From Patescibacteria group bacterium (GTDB lineage: Bacteria > Patescibacteriota > Microgenomatia > Daviesbacterales > UBA10151), in assembly GCA_023379125.1 (NCBI GenBank), contig JAMCSY010000004.1:1-56478 (forward strand): DNA of 56,478 bases, in the 5' to 3' direction. The translations under genes and the position numbers were made by a program. Of the stretch, positions 18,789-27,812 are shown piece after piece. A model generated the notes under the pieces. It was not told the DNA's origin and made no database searches. It saw nothing but the letters and a program-made list of their open reading frames with translations. The first letter of the stretch is position 1. Every line of letters begins with the position of its first letter.

Positions 18789-19338
18789 GCAACTGTTTAT
18801 CTATGACCGCAATTGCTTGGTATAACACAATCGCAAGTGACACCATCACATTTAGACTAATATTAATTCCAAACATGGGAATTTCCACAATCGCATCGGC
18901 TATTTTTAGCACTTCTGGAGACACTCCATTGCTCTCATGACCAACAACAAAACAGACTGGTTCCACATAATCAAACTGATTATAGGCAACTGCTTGAGGG
19001 CTTTGTTCAATAGCCACTACTTGTAGCTCTTTGACTACTGTTTTCAGCTGCTGAATTGCCTGCAAGGCACTATCACGATACTCCCAATCAACAATTTCCG
19101 TGGTATTAATAGAGGCTTTTTTTATCCGCGGATTAGGTGGTGTTGCACTACCACCACAGAGGATTACCTTTTGTGCTCCTACTGCATCAGCTAAGCGAAA
19201 GACAGAGCCAATGTTATAGGTATCCAAGACATTGTCTAAAACAATATAAATCTGTTTCTTTTTACTCAGCCGTTTAGTCTGAGCGTTGATAGCTGATGAC
19301 TGAAGATTACGCAATTGGGCTGCGTTAAGCTTTAGCAT
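18778..19338 (-). CDS. TrmH/SpoU-family RNA 2'-O-methyltransferase
   Basis: LDNVLDTYNIGSVFRLADAVGAQKVILCG, VVGHESNGVS and IPMFGINISLNV are SpoU methylase motifs. Confidence 0.8.
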   Translation of the reverse strand: MLKLNAAQLRNLQSSAINAQTKRLSKKKQIYIVLDNVLDTYNIGSVFRLADAVGAQKVILCGGSATPPNPRIKKASINTTEIVDWEYRDSALQAIQQLKTVVKELQVVAIEQSPQAVAYNQFDYVEPVCFVVGHESNGVSPEVLKIADAIVEIPMFGINISLNVMVSLAIVLYQAIAVIDKQLPKD

Positions 19339-19475
19339 AGCCGAATTTTATCATAAGACCCCTTAGCTTGTGCTTGATTTTTTTTAACAAAGCATTAATA
19401 CTGAAGATAGATAGACTGGACTATTGGCTGACTAGTACGTAGACTATGCAACCAATCAGCTAACTAGCTATTTCT

Positions 19476-20297
19476 ATGCAAAAAGTCAAACCAATCCTCA
19501 TTATTTTAGGAGTTCTGATTCTTCTAGGGCTCATCTTTTTTGCCCTCCTCAAAACTGGTGTATTAGACAAGGTAGGATTAGGTAAATACTTAGGTCGAGC
19601 AGCCACAATCGCCAGTAACAAATCAGATCTGGCATTTTTAAATTCTCAGTATCCAGTGAGCATCTTTATGGGCAAGATTGAGCAAATTTCTGGAGACACT
19701 TTAACAGTTAGCCAACAAATGCCCACCACTACTGGTGCTACTAAGCAAGTTACTTACCATATTACAGTAACTCCTCAGACTAAGGTTCAGAGGCCAAATG
19801 GAATTCCAGGAGTTATCTTACCTACCCAAACTTATACTATTCAAGATCTTAAGGTGGGTGAAACAATCACTGTGAACACTAACCAAGATTTAAGAAACTT
19901 ATTAGGAGATACTTTCATTGCCTCCACTATTGATGCTTCAGCTACAATTGTTTATCTATCAGGGACCATCACCACAATCAATTCTGATAGTTTTGACTTA
20001 ACAGTTCCTCCACCTTTTTATCTTGACCCCAACCAAGATCAAATTACTCAAGAAACAGTTTATCAAATTCAGGTTAACCCCCAAACCACAACTACTCAGC
20101 TGGGTAGTTCTGGAAACAAGATACAAACTACCAACCTTCAACTAACCAGTCTCAAGGTAGGGCAAGAGGTTATGGCTTTTGTTAACTTGGATAGTCTAAA
20201 TGGCAATAAGATTACTGCTCTGAACATTCAACCCATCAAAGGTACTGCTTCATCTAGTCAAAACAATGCTTCCACATCAGCTCAACCTAACCCATAA
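19476..20297 (+). CDS. Hypothetical membrane-anchored or secreted protein with an internally duplicated beta-rich module
   Basis: N-terminal TM segment ILIILGVLILLGLIFFALL. Duplicated pattern VTYHITVTPQT...LKVGETITV and VYQIQVNPQT...LKVGQEVMA. Confidence 0.7.
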   Translation: MQKVKPILIILGVLILLGLIFFALLKTGVLDKVGLGKYLGRAATIASNKSDLAFLNSQYPVSIFMGKIEQISGDTLTVSQQMPTTTGATKQVTYHITVTPQTKVQRPNGIPGVILPTQTYTIQDLKVGETITVNTNQDLRNLLGDTFIASTIDASATIVYLSGTITTINSDSFDLTVPPPFYLDPNQDQITQETVYQIQVNPQTTTTQLGSSGNKIQTTNLQLTSLKVGQEVMAFVNLDSLNGNKITALNIQPIKGTASSSQNNASTSAQPNP

Positions 20298-20311
20298 GCA
20301 GAGAGGATTTC

Positions 20312-20340
20312 TTGACATTTTAGGTTCAATCTACATAAAC
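20312..20340 (+). promoter_or_regulatory. Promoter-like TTGACA with a downstream A/T-rich -10 candidate (CATAAA/ATAAAC)
   Basis: cttgacattttaggttcaatctacataaac, located 9-11 nt upstream of the ATG at 20349. Confidence 0.35.
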
Positions 20341-20348
20341 TGAAGTTA

Positions 20349-21968
20349 ATGAGTAAATCAAGTTTCGTGTTTAACAAAAAACAGATTCTCTTTAATTTAA
20401 TATTATTAGGTGTTTTTGTTCTCCTACTACCTCCTTTAAAGGATGTCCTAGCTCAAACAGCACCTACTCCAATTCTCCAAGAACAGAGTAGTAATCCCAA
20501 AGTTAATGGTCCTGCATCTGATGTTTTAGCTGCTTCTACCACAGTTCCCTACCAAAATATCTCTGGTGATGTGAATATCTCTGGTAATACTGATATGATA
20601 GGCAGACTAACAGTGGGATCAAATGGAGTAGATAGAGTTAATGCTGGAAACAATACCACTGGAGGAAACTATGCTCAATATGCACCTAACAGCTGGAGAG
20701 ATGGTTTTGTTCTTTACCGAGCAGGTACTCAAAAAGGCTCTTTGGGTACAGATTCCACAGGAGCTAAACTACAAATCTTTGTAGGTAGTTCTTCTTCCGA
20801 TACTACCCAGACGTTAACCTTAGATTCTTCTGGTAATGCTGCTGTCAGAAATGCAATGTATGCCCCAACACTTTGTTTAGGCTCACCTACTCCTGATTGC
20901 CGTTCCGTCTGGCCTTCAGCTACAGGTGGTGGCTATTGGAGCAGAAATGCTGCTAGTGGGTATGTGTATCCAACTACTACTTCTGACAATATTGTTCTGG
21001 GTAATAATTACAACTGGAGTATTACCTCAAATGCTACCTCAAATGATCCTAATTGGGGTTTTGGAGTCGAGCATCCAGGATCACAATATTTTACCGAAGC
21101 TAAGTTTTGGGGGGCAGGCAATAATCAGGCTTTTAGAGTACTTGATATGAGTAACGGGACAACACCATTGTTTGTTGGAGGAGGAGGTAATGTTGGTTTA
21201 GGTACTAATAATCCTGTTAATAGACTCCAGGTTGAGGGCAATATTCATACAGATGGAGGATCAATCTTTTTAAGAGGAGGAACAGCAGGGGGAGATCAGT
21301 ATGATGTGATTAAATGGAATAGCTCTACAGACAAGGTGGACATTGGTGGGTATAACGGAGTTACTTTAGGACCTACCAGCACTTCTGGTCCTAATAGTGT
21401 TAGTGCTATGTTTACTGTTGATACCAGAGGGCCAGCTTGGGGAAACAGTATGTCTAGAACTGAAACTATGACTGATGCCAATAACACTAATCCTACTACT
21501 GGCTATCGCAGTGGTTTTTACCAATCGCTTGGTGGTGCCAATGTACCTCCTAGTTGTGCAGGAACTTGGTGTCACGTCATTAGCGACAGCCATGAAAATA
21601 CTAATTATGCTCTTCAGCTAGCTAGTGGATTCTTTAATCAAGATGATCTTTACTATCGTGATGTTGATGCTGGAGCTGCTGGGATGGGTACTTGGAAAAA
21701 GATCCTTGCAGTACCAGCTAACGTCGCAACGCCATTTACCAACATGTGGATGGGGCAAGTTTCCGGAGTTTGTACCAACTGTGCAACTCATGTTAATATG
21801 ACAGGTGCAACCTTTAAGGGCACACCAATGGTTTTTGTCAGTATCAACCCAATGGGAGCAGTCAAGCCAACAGCTTATCCTATGAATGTGACCAGTGCTG
21901 GCTTTGATCTACAAACCACAGATGGACTTCCGGCAACTGTCTACTATATGATAGCCTTCGGTCCTTGA
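20349..21968 (+). CDS. Secreted fibre-like protein, paralog A (constant N-terminal module plus divergent C-terminal head)
   Basis: Signal or anchor segment LILLGVFVLLLPP. GNVGLGTNNPVNRLQVEGNI resembles motifs I recall from phage tail-fibre-type proteins. Residues 22-278 are identical to paralog B. Confidence 0.8.
   Translation: MSKSSFVFNKKQILFNLILLGVFVLLLPPLKDVLAQTAPTPILQEQSSNPKVNGPASDVLAASTTVPYQNISGDVNISGNTDMIGRLTVGSNGVDRVNAGNNTTGGNYAQYAPNSWRDGFVLYRAGTQKGSLGTDSTGAKLQIFVGSSSSDTTQTLTLDSSGNAAVRNAMYAPTLCLGSPTPDCRSVWPSATGGGYWSRNAASGYVYPTTTSDNIVLGNNYNWSITSNATSNDPNWGFGVEHPGSQYFTEAKFWGAGNNQAFRVLDMSNGTTPLFVGGGGNVGLGTNNPVNRLQVEGNIHTDGGSIFLRGGTAGGDQYDVIKWNSSTDKVDIGGYNGVTLGPTSTSGPNSVSAMFTVDTRGPAWGNSMSRTETMTDANNTNPTTGYRSGFYQSLGGANVPPSCAGTWCHVISDSHENTNYALQLASGFFNQDDLYYRDVDAGAAGMGTWKKILAVPANVATPFTNMWMGQVSGVCTNCATHVNMTGATFKGTPMVFVSINPMGAVKPTAYPMNVTSAGFDLQTTDGLPATVYYMIAFGP
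20411..21182. repeat. 772-bp direct repeat, apparently identical to 22086-22857
   Basis: Offset of 1675 bp. The encoded 257 aa are identical, as are the off-frame track ORFs 20926..21150 and 22601..22825. Every DNA line I compared matches. Confidence 0.9.
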
Positions 21969-21990
21969 TGATAAGTTGTTAACATTTTGC

Positions 21991-22017
21991 TTGACTTCTC
22001 TAGTTTGCTCATACTAA
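21991..22017 (+). promoter_or_regulatory. Promoter-like motif TTGACT-N15-TACTAA(GCT)
   Basis: ttgacttctctagtttgctcatactaagct. The same geometry and the same catactaagct box recur at 23832-23861. Confidence 0.45.
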
Positions 22018-22038
22018 GCTAAAGTTAACTAACGACTT

Positions 22039-23823
22039 ATGTCCAAATCTTCTAAGCAACTTATTTTTAATCTAGTTCTGCTGTTTGTTTTTGTTCTCCT
22101 ACTACCTCCTTTAAAGGATGTCCTAGCTCAAACAGCACCTACTCCAATTCTCCAAGAACAGAGTAGTAATCCCAAAGTTAATGGTCCTGCATCTGATGTT
22201 TTAGCTGCTTCTACCACAGTTCCCTACCAAAATATCTCTGGTGATGTGAATATCTCTGGTAATACTGATATGATAGGCAGACTAACAGTGGGATCAAATG
22301 GAGTAGATAGAGTTAATGCTGGAAACAATACCACTGGAGGAAACTATGCTCAATATGCACCTAACAGCTGGAGAGATGGTTTTGTTCTTTACCGAGCAGG
22401 TACTCAAAAAGGCTCTTTGGGTACAGATTCCACAGGAGCTAAACTACAAATCTTTGTAGGTAGTTCTTCTTCCGATACTACCCAGACGTTAACCTTAGAT
22501 TCTTCTGGTAATGCTGCTGTCAGAAATGCAATGTATGCCCCAACACTTTGTTTAGGCTCACCTACTCCTGATTGCCGTTCCGTCTGGCCTTCAGCTACAG
22601 GTGGTGGCTATTGGAGCAGAAATGCTGCTAGTGGGTATGTGTATCCAACTACTACTTCTGACAATATTGTTCTGGGTAATAATTACAACTGGAGTATTAC
22701 CTCAAATGCTACCTCAAATGATCCTAATTGGGGTTTTGGAGTCGAGCATCCAGGATCACAATATTTTACCGAAGCTAAGTTTTGGGGGGCAGGCAATAAT
22801 CAGGCTTTTAGAGTACTTGATATGAGTAACGGGACAACACCATTGTTTGTTGGAGGAAATAGCGCTGTCGGTATTAACACCAGTAACCCACTTGATAAAT
22901 TTGTTGTCCACTTGGGTCCAGATAATAACTTGGCTTTAACATCTAGTACTTATGCCGTACTGGCCTCGCACAACGATGCCTGGACAGCCTGGGGTAACCT
23001 GCAGCTAAATAACAGTATGTACTTGCTTAGTAACGGTAATGTCGGAATTGGTAACGTTACACCTGGCTCTCAATTTACAGTTGGTAATAATTATCTCGCA
23101 GTTGATACCAACGGACCTACCTGGGCATCTGGTAGTCAAGGAGGCGCTGCTGGTGCTGCCAATAATCGTACTCAAGTTAAAGCCAACGCTGGTGATCTTG
23201 CTTCTGGATCAGGAGACCGAAGCGGCTTTTTTGAGGCACTAAACGGTGTGAATTACCCACCAGGATGTAACACAACCTGGTGTCATCTTTTAGATGTTAG
23301 GTCAACTAATAATAACTACGCTATGCAGTTTGCTGGTTCCTTCTTTGACCAAACTCTTTATTTCCGCAAAACTGCTAACAGTGCCTCCCATTCTTGGCAA
23401 AAAGTAGTAACAGCCCCAATTAATACTAGTGGCACTTTAACGCCTATTATCAACATCAATGCAGCAATTAGCCAAAGCGATGGCTATACTTCTAACCGAC
23501 TAGGCTACCTTCTTTATACCGATAGCAAAACACTATCTTATAAAGTAGTGGGTTGGAATCCTGGTACAATGACCACTCGTGTGCGGGTTTGCTATAACGA
23601 AGATGGTAATCCTACAGGTGGCTGGAATGTTTCTTATACTTGCAATCATCCGGTTAAGACTTGGCAACTTCCAGGCGGTGGTACAACTTACCGAGACAGC
23701 GGCACCATTGATGTCTCTGCTTATGTCCCTGCATACGGACAACCTGTCCTGGTTAATTATGATCTGAACCCAACCGGTGGCAGTAGCAGTGATCAAGGTT
23801 CTGTCCAAATCGTCCTCTGGTAG
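22039..23823 (+). CDS. Secreted fibre-like protein, paralog B (same N-terminal module, different C-terminal head)
   Basis: 594-aa ORF. Its C-terminal half shares only a short core with paralog A (RSGFFEALNGVNYPPGCNTTWCHLL vs RSGFYQSLGGANVPPSCAGTWCHVI). Confidence 0.8.
   Translation: MSKSSKQLIFNLVLLFVFVLLLPPLKDVLAQTAPTPILQEQSSNPKVNGPASDVLAASTTVPYQNISGDVNISGNTDMIGRLTVGSNGVDRVNAGNNTTGGNYAQYAPNSWRDGFVLYRAGTQKGSLGTDSTGAKLQIFVGSSSSDTTQTLTLDSSGNAAVRNAMYAPTLCLGSPTPDCRSVWPSATGGGYWSRNAASGYVYPTTTSDNIVLGNNYNWSITSNATSNDPNWGFGVEHPGSQYFTEAKFWGAGNNQAFRVLDMSNGTTPLFVGGNSAVGINTSNPLDKFVVHLGPDNNLALTSSTYAVLASHNDAWTAWGNLQLNNSMYLLSNGNVGIGNVTPGSQFTVGNNYLAVDTNGPTWASGSQGGAAGAANNRTQVKANAGDLASGSGDRSGFFEALNGVNYPPGCNTTWCHLLDVRSTNNNYAMQFAGSFFDQTLYFRKTANSASHSWQKVVTAPINTSGTLTPIININAAISQSDGYTSNRLGYLLYTDSKTLSYKVVGWNPGTMTTRVRVCYNEDGNPTGGWNVSYTCNHPVKTWQLPGGGTTYRDSGTIDVSAYVPAYGQPVLVNYDLNPTGGSSSDQGSVQIVLW
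22086..22857. repeat. 772-bp direct repeat, apparently identical to 20411-21182
   Basis: See the partner copy at 20411-21182. Confidence 0.9.
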
Positions 23824-23831
23824 CTTTATTC

Positions 23832-23858
23832 TTGACTTCCCCGCCACACTCATACTAA
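23832..23858 (+). promoter_or_regulatory. Promoter-like motif TTGACT-N15-TACTAA(GCT)
   Basis: ttgacttccccgccacactcatactaagct, located 9 nt upstream of the GTG at 23868. Confidence 0.45.
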
Positions 23859-23867
23859 GCTGGAATT

Positions 23868-24713
23868 GTGAGAGAATTTAAATATCTTCTGTTCAGCTTA
23901 ATTTTTATTTCAGGATTATTTTTTGCTCCCTGGTTGGTTTCCCGAGTATCTGCTGAGGTGGCTACCAAGCAAGACTGGATTGGTTTTTTTCCTGTCTACA
24001 CTACCGCTGTTGGTTGGCATAACTCTGCTAATGCTGCCTATTTAGCGATACCTAACAGCTGGGTTTATGCTAATAATAATTGTAATCGCAACTGGAATAC
24101 TGCTACTCCTAATCTATCTATCTCTGGTTGTAGTTTGGGTAGCATGGGAGTTACTTTTGACGGAACAGGCGAACCCAATAATTTAACCCCCGGTGCTTAT
24201 GAATTCAGGTTAAATATTAATGACACTGGTACAGGTAACTCCAGCAACCCCCTAACCTCCCTAGGTAGCGACGGAGCTATGCTTTCGCAATCAAAGGTTG
24301 TCTGGAAAAAGTTCTGGATGAACAATAATCCTTTAAGTTGCGTGATCACGGGCTCTAGTGCCTATGTTGATATAAACTTGTATGTTAGAAGTAGTGCCTC
24401 AGCAGTCGGTGCTTCAATCTTGAAAGGAATAGAAACTGTTAATATTTTACGCAACACACCTCCTTCAGGAACTTTAAACTCTGTTGGAAGTAGTAATCCA
24501 GCGGCTGGAACTTATCGAGACACATCAGTGGTGATTGGCCAATCTTATACCTATCAGCTCCAAGCAGTGACTACCCGAGGTGTAGCCAGACCTTCTGAAA
24601 ATACTGCTAGTATTTCTATTGATACCTCTACTTGCCTAAGTTATAGTTCTTGGTTGCAGACAATTGGTGGTGATGTTAACGCCAACAATCAGCTCAACCT
24701 TCACTCACGATAG
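23868..24713 (+). CDS. Secreted hypothetical protein (signal peptide, beta-rich, FN3/Ig-like C-terminal region)
   Basis: GTG start. Signal peptide LLFSLIFISGLFFAPWLVSRVSA-EV. There is no in-frame ATG near the N-terminus. Confidence 0.65.
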   Translation: MREFKYLLFSLIFISGLFFAPWLVSRVSAEVATKQDWIGFFPVYTTAVGWHNSANAAYLAIPNSWVYANNNCNRNWNTATPNLSISGCSLGSMGVTFDGTGEPNNLTPGAYEFRLNINDTGTGNSSNPLTSLGSDGAMLSQSKVVWKKFWMNNNPLSCVITGSSAYVDINLYVRSSASAVGASILKGIETVNILRNTPPSGTLNSVGSSNPAAGTYRDTSVVIGQSYTYQLQAVTTRGVARPSENTASISIDTSTCLSYSSWLQTIGGDVNANNQLNLHSR

Positions 24714-24804
24714 TAACTTTGTAAATAATAAGCTTCCAACCAGTGGTTTTGTGCTTTGTGCAATTGACTTTTCTCTGAGGCTGTGCCAGCATAATTAATA
24801 GGAG

Positions 24805-25686
24805 ATGTTTAGCCAGATTCTTCACTCCAAACTCTTAAAGACAGGTTTAATTACCCTAGTAATAGGTCTTTCATCATTGATTTTAATCATTGGTTTGAAG
24901 ATCAGTGCTGTTTATTCACAAACCTGTGCTGAAACAGCTGATGATACCTCCGCAGTAATCCAAGGAGGTTTGGTAACTGCTTTTAGTTTAGGCAATACTC
25001 TACAGCTTCTTAACCCCAACAGCTCTTCCTGCTATTATGGTAAATCTTCTGCTATTACCAACATTTCTACTATCCAAGATTACAATACTTTAAAGTCTTT
25101 ATACTTTACCCAAATCAAATCAGCTGATATCAATCAATATACTTTTCCCAATGTCCCTGGTATAGCAGAACTTAATTCTCAAATTCAAGCTGGTAAAATT
25201 AATCTTTTTAATACACCAACTGGACCAGTAACCCTTACTTTAGATGGTAGTTTAAATATCAATAATCCTAACACAGTGGTGATTATTTTTGCTGATAGCG
25301 GCATCGATATTACTACTAACCAACTCTATAATCTTGGCAGTTCTGGTTTAATGCTCGTCTCCAATGGCAATATTAATGTTTATTATGAGGCTGGACACCA
25401 AGTTACTGAGGTTGATGCTTTTATGATTACTTATGGACAATTCTGTAGCATTTATCAATCTGGTCATTGTGGAAACGGTAGTGGTGGGCAAGTTGATGTT
25501 GGGGCTGATCAATTAATAGTTCATGGCTCAGTGATTTCAGCTAACAGTGGGGCTGCCCCACTCTTCCTCAGAAAATTGGCTGATAATCAAGACCCAGCTG
25601 AAAAATTTATTTATGAACCAAAATACCTCATTATCAGCAAACCAGTCTTTGCCAAAGATAAAGCCATTTGGGGTGAGATTAAATAA
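24805..25686 (+). CDS. Secreted or membrane-anchored hypothetical protein
   Basis: AGGAG immediately precedes the ATG. N-terminal TM segment LITLVIGLSSLILIIGL. Confidence 0.65.
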   Translation: MFSQILHSKLLKTGLITLVIGLSSLILIIGLKISAVYSQTCAETADDTSAVIQGGLVTAFSLGNTLQLLNPNSSSCYYGKSSAITNISTIQDYNTLKSLYFTQIKSADINQYTFPNVPGIAELNSQIQAGKINLFNTPTGPVTLTLDGSLNINNPNTVVIIFADSGIDITTNQLYNLGSSGLMLVSNGNINVYYEAGHQVTEVDAFMITYGQFCSIYQSGHCGNGSGGQVDVGADQLIVHGSVISANSGAAPLFLRKLADNQDPAEKFIYEPKYLIISKPVFAKDKAIWGEIK

Positions 25687-25737
25687 GAACCTGCTCCGCT
25701 TGCAGAACCTCGCCTTTTAGCTTCATCAAGTGAGTAT

Positions 25738-26487
25738 TTACTTACCAAAGTTTCTCTTTTGAGATTGATACCACTCAACAGCTTTTTTTAAGTCCTGAGC
25801 ACCAAAATCTGGCCAAAGCTTCTTAGTAAAATATAGCTCACTGTACGCTGTTTGCCAGAGTAGAAAGTTTGATAACCTAATCCTACCTCCTGTTCTAATT
25901 ACCAAGTCCGGATCTGCTTGTCCATTAGTATAAAGATGTCGATCAACAGTCTCCTCACTAATTTTATCCACATCTACGCCATCTTTAATCAAACCTTTTA
26001 AAGCACTCAGAAGCTCTCTTCTCCCTCCATAATTTAGAGCAATATTCAACTTGATTGCTTCATTTTCAATATAAGTCTGTTTAACCTGGTTAATAATTTG
26101 CTGAATAGCTTTAGGCAAACCTTCAATTTCTCCCAGAATACTGACTTGTACACCATTCTCCATCATCCTTTTTAGCTTGGTGTTATAACCTATTTTCAGT
26201 AGTTTAAAAAGACCTATCACCTCTCTTCTGGCTCTCTCTTTGACATTTTCAGTAGACAAGGCATAAACAGTCACAGTTTTAACACCTAACTTAGCAGCTG
26301 CCTCGACAGTTTTTTCTAAAGTATCCGCCCCCGCTTCATGTCCTTTGATATCTGGTAGGCCTCGGGATCTGGCCCAACGGCGGTTACCATCCATAATAAT
26401 GGCAATATGTGCCGGGATATTATCCTGATGATTAGTTTGCCTCTTCGCCACGCTCTCAAGTCTAGCAAATCTACCTTCGCTTATCAA
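25738..26487 (-). CDS. uppS: Undecaprenyl-diphosphate synthase (isoprenyl transferase)
   Basis: HIAIIMDGNRRWA and RTGGRIRLSNFLLWQTAYSELYF. The track start is TTG, so the exact start is uncertain. Confidence 0.9.
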   Translation of the reverse strand: MISEGRFARLESVAKRQTNHQDNIPAHIAIIMDGNRRWARSRGLPDIKGHEAGADTLEKTVEAAAKLGVKTVTVYALSTENVKERARREVIGLFKLLKIGYNTKLKRMMENGVQVSILGEIEGLPKAIQQIINQVKQTYIENEAIKLNIALNYGGRRELLSALKGLIKDGVDVDKISEETVDRHLYTNGQADPDLVIRTGGRIRLSNFLLWQTAYSELYFTKKLWPDFGAQDLKKAVEWYQSQKRNFGK

Positions 26488-26534
26488 TCTGAACCAAACT
26501 AGTATTCAAATTAGGCTTAAGTTAAAATAGGAAC

Positions 26535-27812
26535 ATGAAGATAGGGATACTGGGCGCTGGTTTTACTGGACTAGCTGCTGCTTTAAAACTACAAGAGCTA
26601 GGCCACGAGGTGGTAATTTTTGAAAAAGAGGTAGATCCTGGAGGTTTAGCAGGGGGTTTTAAAAGAGATAAATGGGATTGGACACTGGAGAAAGCTTACC
26701 ATCATTGGTTTACCAACGATCAAGCTGTTTTAAATCTAGCTAGTCAAATCAACTATCCAGTTATCATCAAAAGGCCACTGACTAATGTGCTAGTGGGAAA
26801 TAAATTAGCTATCCTAGACTCACCCCTGACCGTGCTCACTTTCCCCTATTTACCCTTGATTGATCGATTGAGAGTAGGACTTGTGACTTTTTATCTCAAA
26901 TACTTAGCCAATCCACAAGATTTTGAAAACCAGTTAGCTTTGCCCTGGATTAGAAAATATATGGGCCATAGGGCAACTAAATTGATCTGGGAACCACTAT
27001 TTACAGGCAAATTTGGTCATTTTAAAGAAGAGATTAGTTTGGTTTGGTTTTGGGCCAGAATCAAAAAAAGGACAACCAAACTTGCTTATCCTGAAGGAGG
27101 ATTTTTACAATTTGCCCACAAACTTGCTGATAAAATTATTGCCCAGGGAGGTAAAATTCACTACCAAACATCAGTTACTAAAATCAAAAACCAAGGACAA
27201 AAGGTACAAGTTAGTGCTCAAGGGAAAAACTATAGATTTGACCGCCTCTTATCTACCTTACCTGGTCCTTTATTTGCTCAACTTGCCACAGGCTTGCCTC
27301 CAGACTTTTCCCAAAAATATTTTAAAATCTCTCACCTTTTTGCCCAAAATCTAATTTTAGTTCTCAAACAGCCACTATTGGAGTCCACATACTGGCTAAA
27401 TATTACTGATACTAGATTTCCTTTTTTAGTAGTAGTCGATCATACAAACTTTCAAGACCCTCAGCATTACCATAATGAGCATTTAGTATATATTGGTAAC
27501 TATCTTCCTCCTGAACATCCCTATTTAAAGATGGATAAGGATCAACTCTTAAAAGTTTTTGATCCTTTTTTAAAGCAAATTAATCCCAATTATAAATCTT
27601 CCATTATAGACTCTAAGTTATTTACTGCCCCTTTTGCCCAGCCTATTGTTAAGCCCAATTATCAACAACTTATTCCACCTTTTTTATCACCTCTACCCAA
27701 CGTTTATTTAGCCTATTTAGATATGGTTTACCCTTGGGACAGAGGGACCAACTATGCTGTGGAGATGGGTGAAAAAGTAGCTCAGTTAATTAACCAGTCA
27801 AATGATCAGTAA
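26535..27812 (+). CDS. FAD/NAD(P)-binding oxidoreductase (amine oxidase / protoporphyrinogen oxidase-like fold)
   Basis: N-terminal dinucleotide-binding motif KIGILGAGFTGLAAALKLQELGHEVVIFEKEVDPGGLAGG. Confidence 0.7.
   Translation: MKIGILGAGFTGLAAALKLQELGHEVVIFEKEVDPGGLAGGFKRDKWDWTLEKAYHHWFTNDQAVLNLASQINYPVIIKRPLTNVLVGNKLAILDSPLTVLTFPYLPLIDRLRVGLVTFYLKYLANPQDFENQLALPWIRKYMGHRATKLIWEPLFTGKFGHFKEEISLVWFWARIKKRTTKLAYPEGGFLQFAHKLADKIIAQGGKIHYQTSVTKIKNQGQKVQVSAQGKNYRFDRLLSTLPGPLFAQLATGLPPDFSQKYFKISHLFAQNLILVLKQPLLESTYWLNITDTRFPFLVVVDHTNFQDPQHYHNEHLVYIGNYLPPEHPYLKMDKDQLLKVFDPFLKQINPNYKSSIIDSKLFTAPFAQPIVKPNYQQLIPPFLSPLPNVYLAYLDMVYPWDRGTNYAVEMGEKVAQLINQSNDQ

Noticed and set aside
20349-23823. A diversity-generating retroelement (TR/VR pair) or a prophage remnant as the explanation for the duplicated fibre-like genes.
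   Set aside because: The identical block is the 5' constant part rather than a 3' variable region with adenine-specific mismatches. No reverse transcriptase, integrase, capsid, terminase or other phage genes occur in the window.
27013-27354. 113-aa track ORF in another frame inside the FAD oxidoreductase gene. Similar nested ORFs include 45363..45710, 47282..47611, 11620..11922, 12367..12651, 37739..37969 and 52224..52612.
   Set aside because: They are overlapped completely by longer ORFs with clear family motifs. Their translations are lysine- or leucine-rich and typical of off-frame AT-rich sequence.
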